Shown here piece after piece: positions 63,485-64,000 of a stretch of 64,000 nt of DNA. Every line of letters starts with the position of its first letter. The stretch's first letter is position 1. A program made the translations under genes and the position numbers. The DNA is from Bacteroidota bacterium (GTDB lineage: Bacteria > Bacteroidota > Bacteroidia > NS11-12g > UBA955): positions 44,659 to 108,658 of the forward strand of contig JANXMZ010000003.1 of assembly GCA_025354385.1 (NCBI GenBank), read 5' to 3'. The notes under the pieces are model-generated. The model saw nothing but the letters and a program-made list of their open reading frames with translations, ran no database searches and was not told the origin of the DNA.

Positions 63485-64000
63485 TTAGTTACCTCCTAGT
63501 ATAGACAATAACTCGTCCAATTTAGGAGTAAGGATAATTTCAGTTCTTCTATTTTTTGCTCTTGCTTCAGGTGTATTAGCGGTATCTATTGGAAAATGCT
63601 CGCCCCTGCCTGCAGAAGTAATTCTTTTTGCATTTACAGCGCCTTGAATAGTTAATATACGTGTAATCGAGGTAGCTCTTAGAACACTTAAATCTAAATT
63701 ATCTTTAATATTAGGATTGCCTTTCATAGGCACATTGTCGGTGTGTCCTTCTACTAAAATACTTACATCACCATTTTGATTTAAAGCTTTTGCCAATTCA
63801 AGTAAAGCACTTTCTCCTTTCGGATCCACAGTGGTGCTGCCTGATTTGAATAATAATTTTTCCTCCATGCTTACATATACCTTACCATTGCGGGTTTCTA
63901 CAGTTAAGCCTTGATTTTGAAAACCCAATAAGGCCTTTTGAATTTTTTCTTTTAAAGCCAATACTGCACTATCTTTTGCTCTTAAAATTGATTCTAATTC
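63485..64000 (-). CDS. OmpA/MotB-family peptidoglycan-binding protein (3' part; N-terminus beyond the right window edge)
   Basis: The reading frame stays open to position 64000. OmpA-like C-domain: ILVEGHTDNVP, LSVLRATSITRIL, GRGEHFPI, NRRTEIIL. Confidence 0.8.
   Translation of the reverse strand, partial: ELESILRAKDSAVLALKEKIQKALLGFQNQGLTVETRNGKVYVSMEEKLLFKSGSTTVDPKGESALLELAKALNQNGDVSILVEGHTDNVPMKGNPNIKDNLDLSVLRATSITRILTIQGAVNAKRITSAGRGEHFPIDTANTPEARAKNRRTEIILTPKLDELLSILGGN

Noticed and set aside
1-64000. Mobile elements, prophage, defence islands, toxin-antitoxin pairs, rRNA/tRNA genes
   Set aside because: I could recognise no transposase, integrase, recombinase, phage-structural, restriction-modification, Cas, abortive-infection or TA-like ORFs. 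No intergenic gap showed tRNA-like or rRNA-like sequence by eye. A tRNAscan/Infernal run would be needed for certainty.

Overview
This is a 64-kb, AT-rich segment (mid-30s %GC by eye, not computed) that almost certainly comes from a Bacteroidota chromosome. Three observations support that. (1) About two dozen gene starts are preceded by the Bacteroidetes sigma-A -7 box TAnnTTTG, often extended to TAnnTTTGCA. (2) There are four predicted T9SS cargo proteins (type A and type B C-terminal sorting domains) plus a GldH-like lipoprotein. (3) There is a three-gene b558-type succinate dehydrogenase/fumarate reductase. Coding density is high, with about 65 CDS on both strands and many overlapping stop/start junctions. 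Most content is housekeeping: ffh, gatC, ribH, pdhA, recF, ppa, rpe, sdhCAB, pyrD, yidC, rsmE, rsfS, birA, coaX, lptC, ruvC and rlmH. The rest is mainly envelope or secreted functions: a giant PKD-repeat adhesin, an S46 dipeptidyl peptidase, two tandem M4 metalloproteases, a GH16 enzyme, a TonB-dependent receptor, MlaEF and an OmpA-family protein. I found no rRNA, tRNA, CRISPR array, transposase, integrase, prophage or recognisable defence genes, so this reads as core chromosome rather than an accessory island. The best candidate for an uncharacterised system is the module at 52.3-59.6 kb: an RDD gene divergent from a tightly coupled operon SpoIIM-like / DUF4129 / DUF4350 / MoxR AAA+ / DUF58. 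Immediately downstream is an unusual 21-nt-periodic repeat array with a perfect 8-bp-stem palindrome (59.6-59.75 kb). Other points of interest are a 373-bp unexplained non-coding gap (22.26-22.63 kb), four genes whose -7 box sits exactly 4 nt from the ATG (predicted leaderless mRNAs), and head-to-head TTG starts inside a TTTGCAAA palindrome at ruvC. At least eight genes appear to use TTG or GTG starts (plsC-like, recF, the TonB-dependent receptor, rsmE, birA, ruvC, the TIGR02757-like gene, rlmH). Limits: all family names come from motif-level recognition by eye, not HMM or BLAST searches. Start codons were moved from the ORF-track maximum only where an internal ATG plus promoter geometry or family N-termini supported it. 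CDS ends include the stop codon, as in the ORF track.
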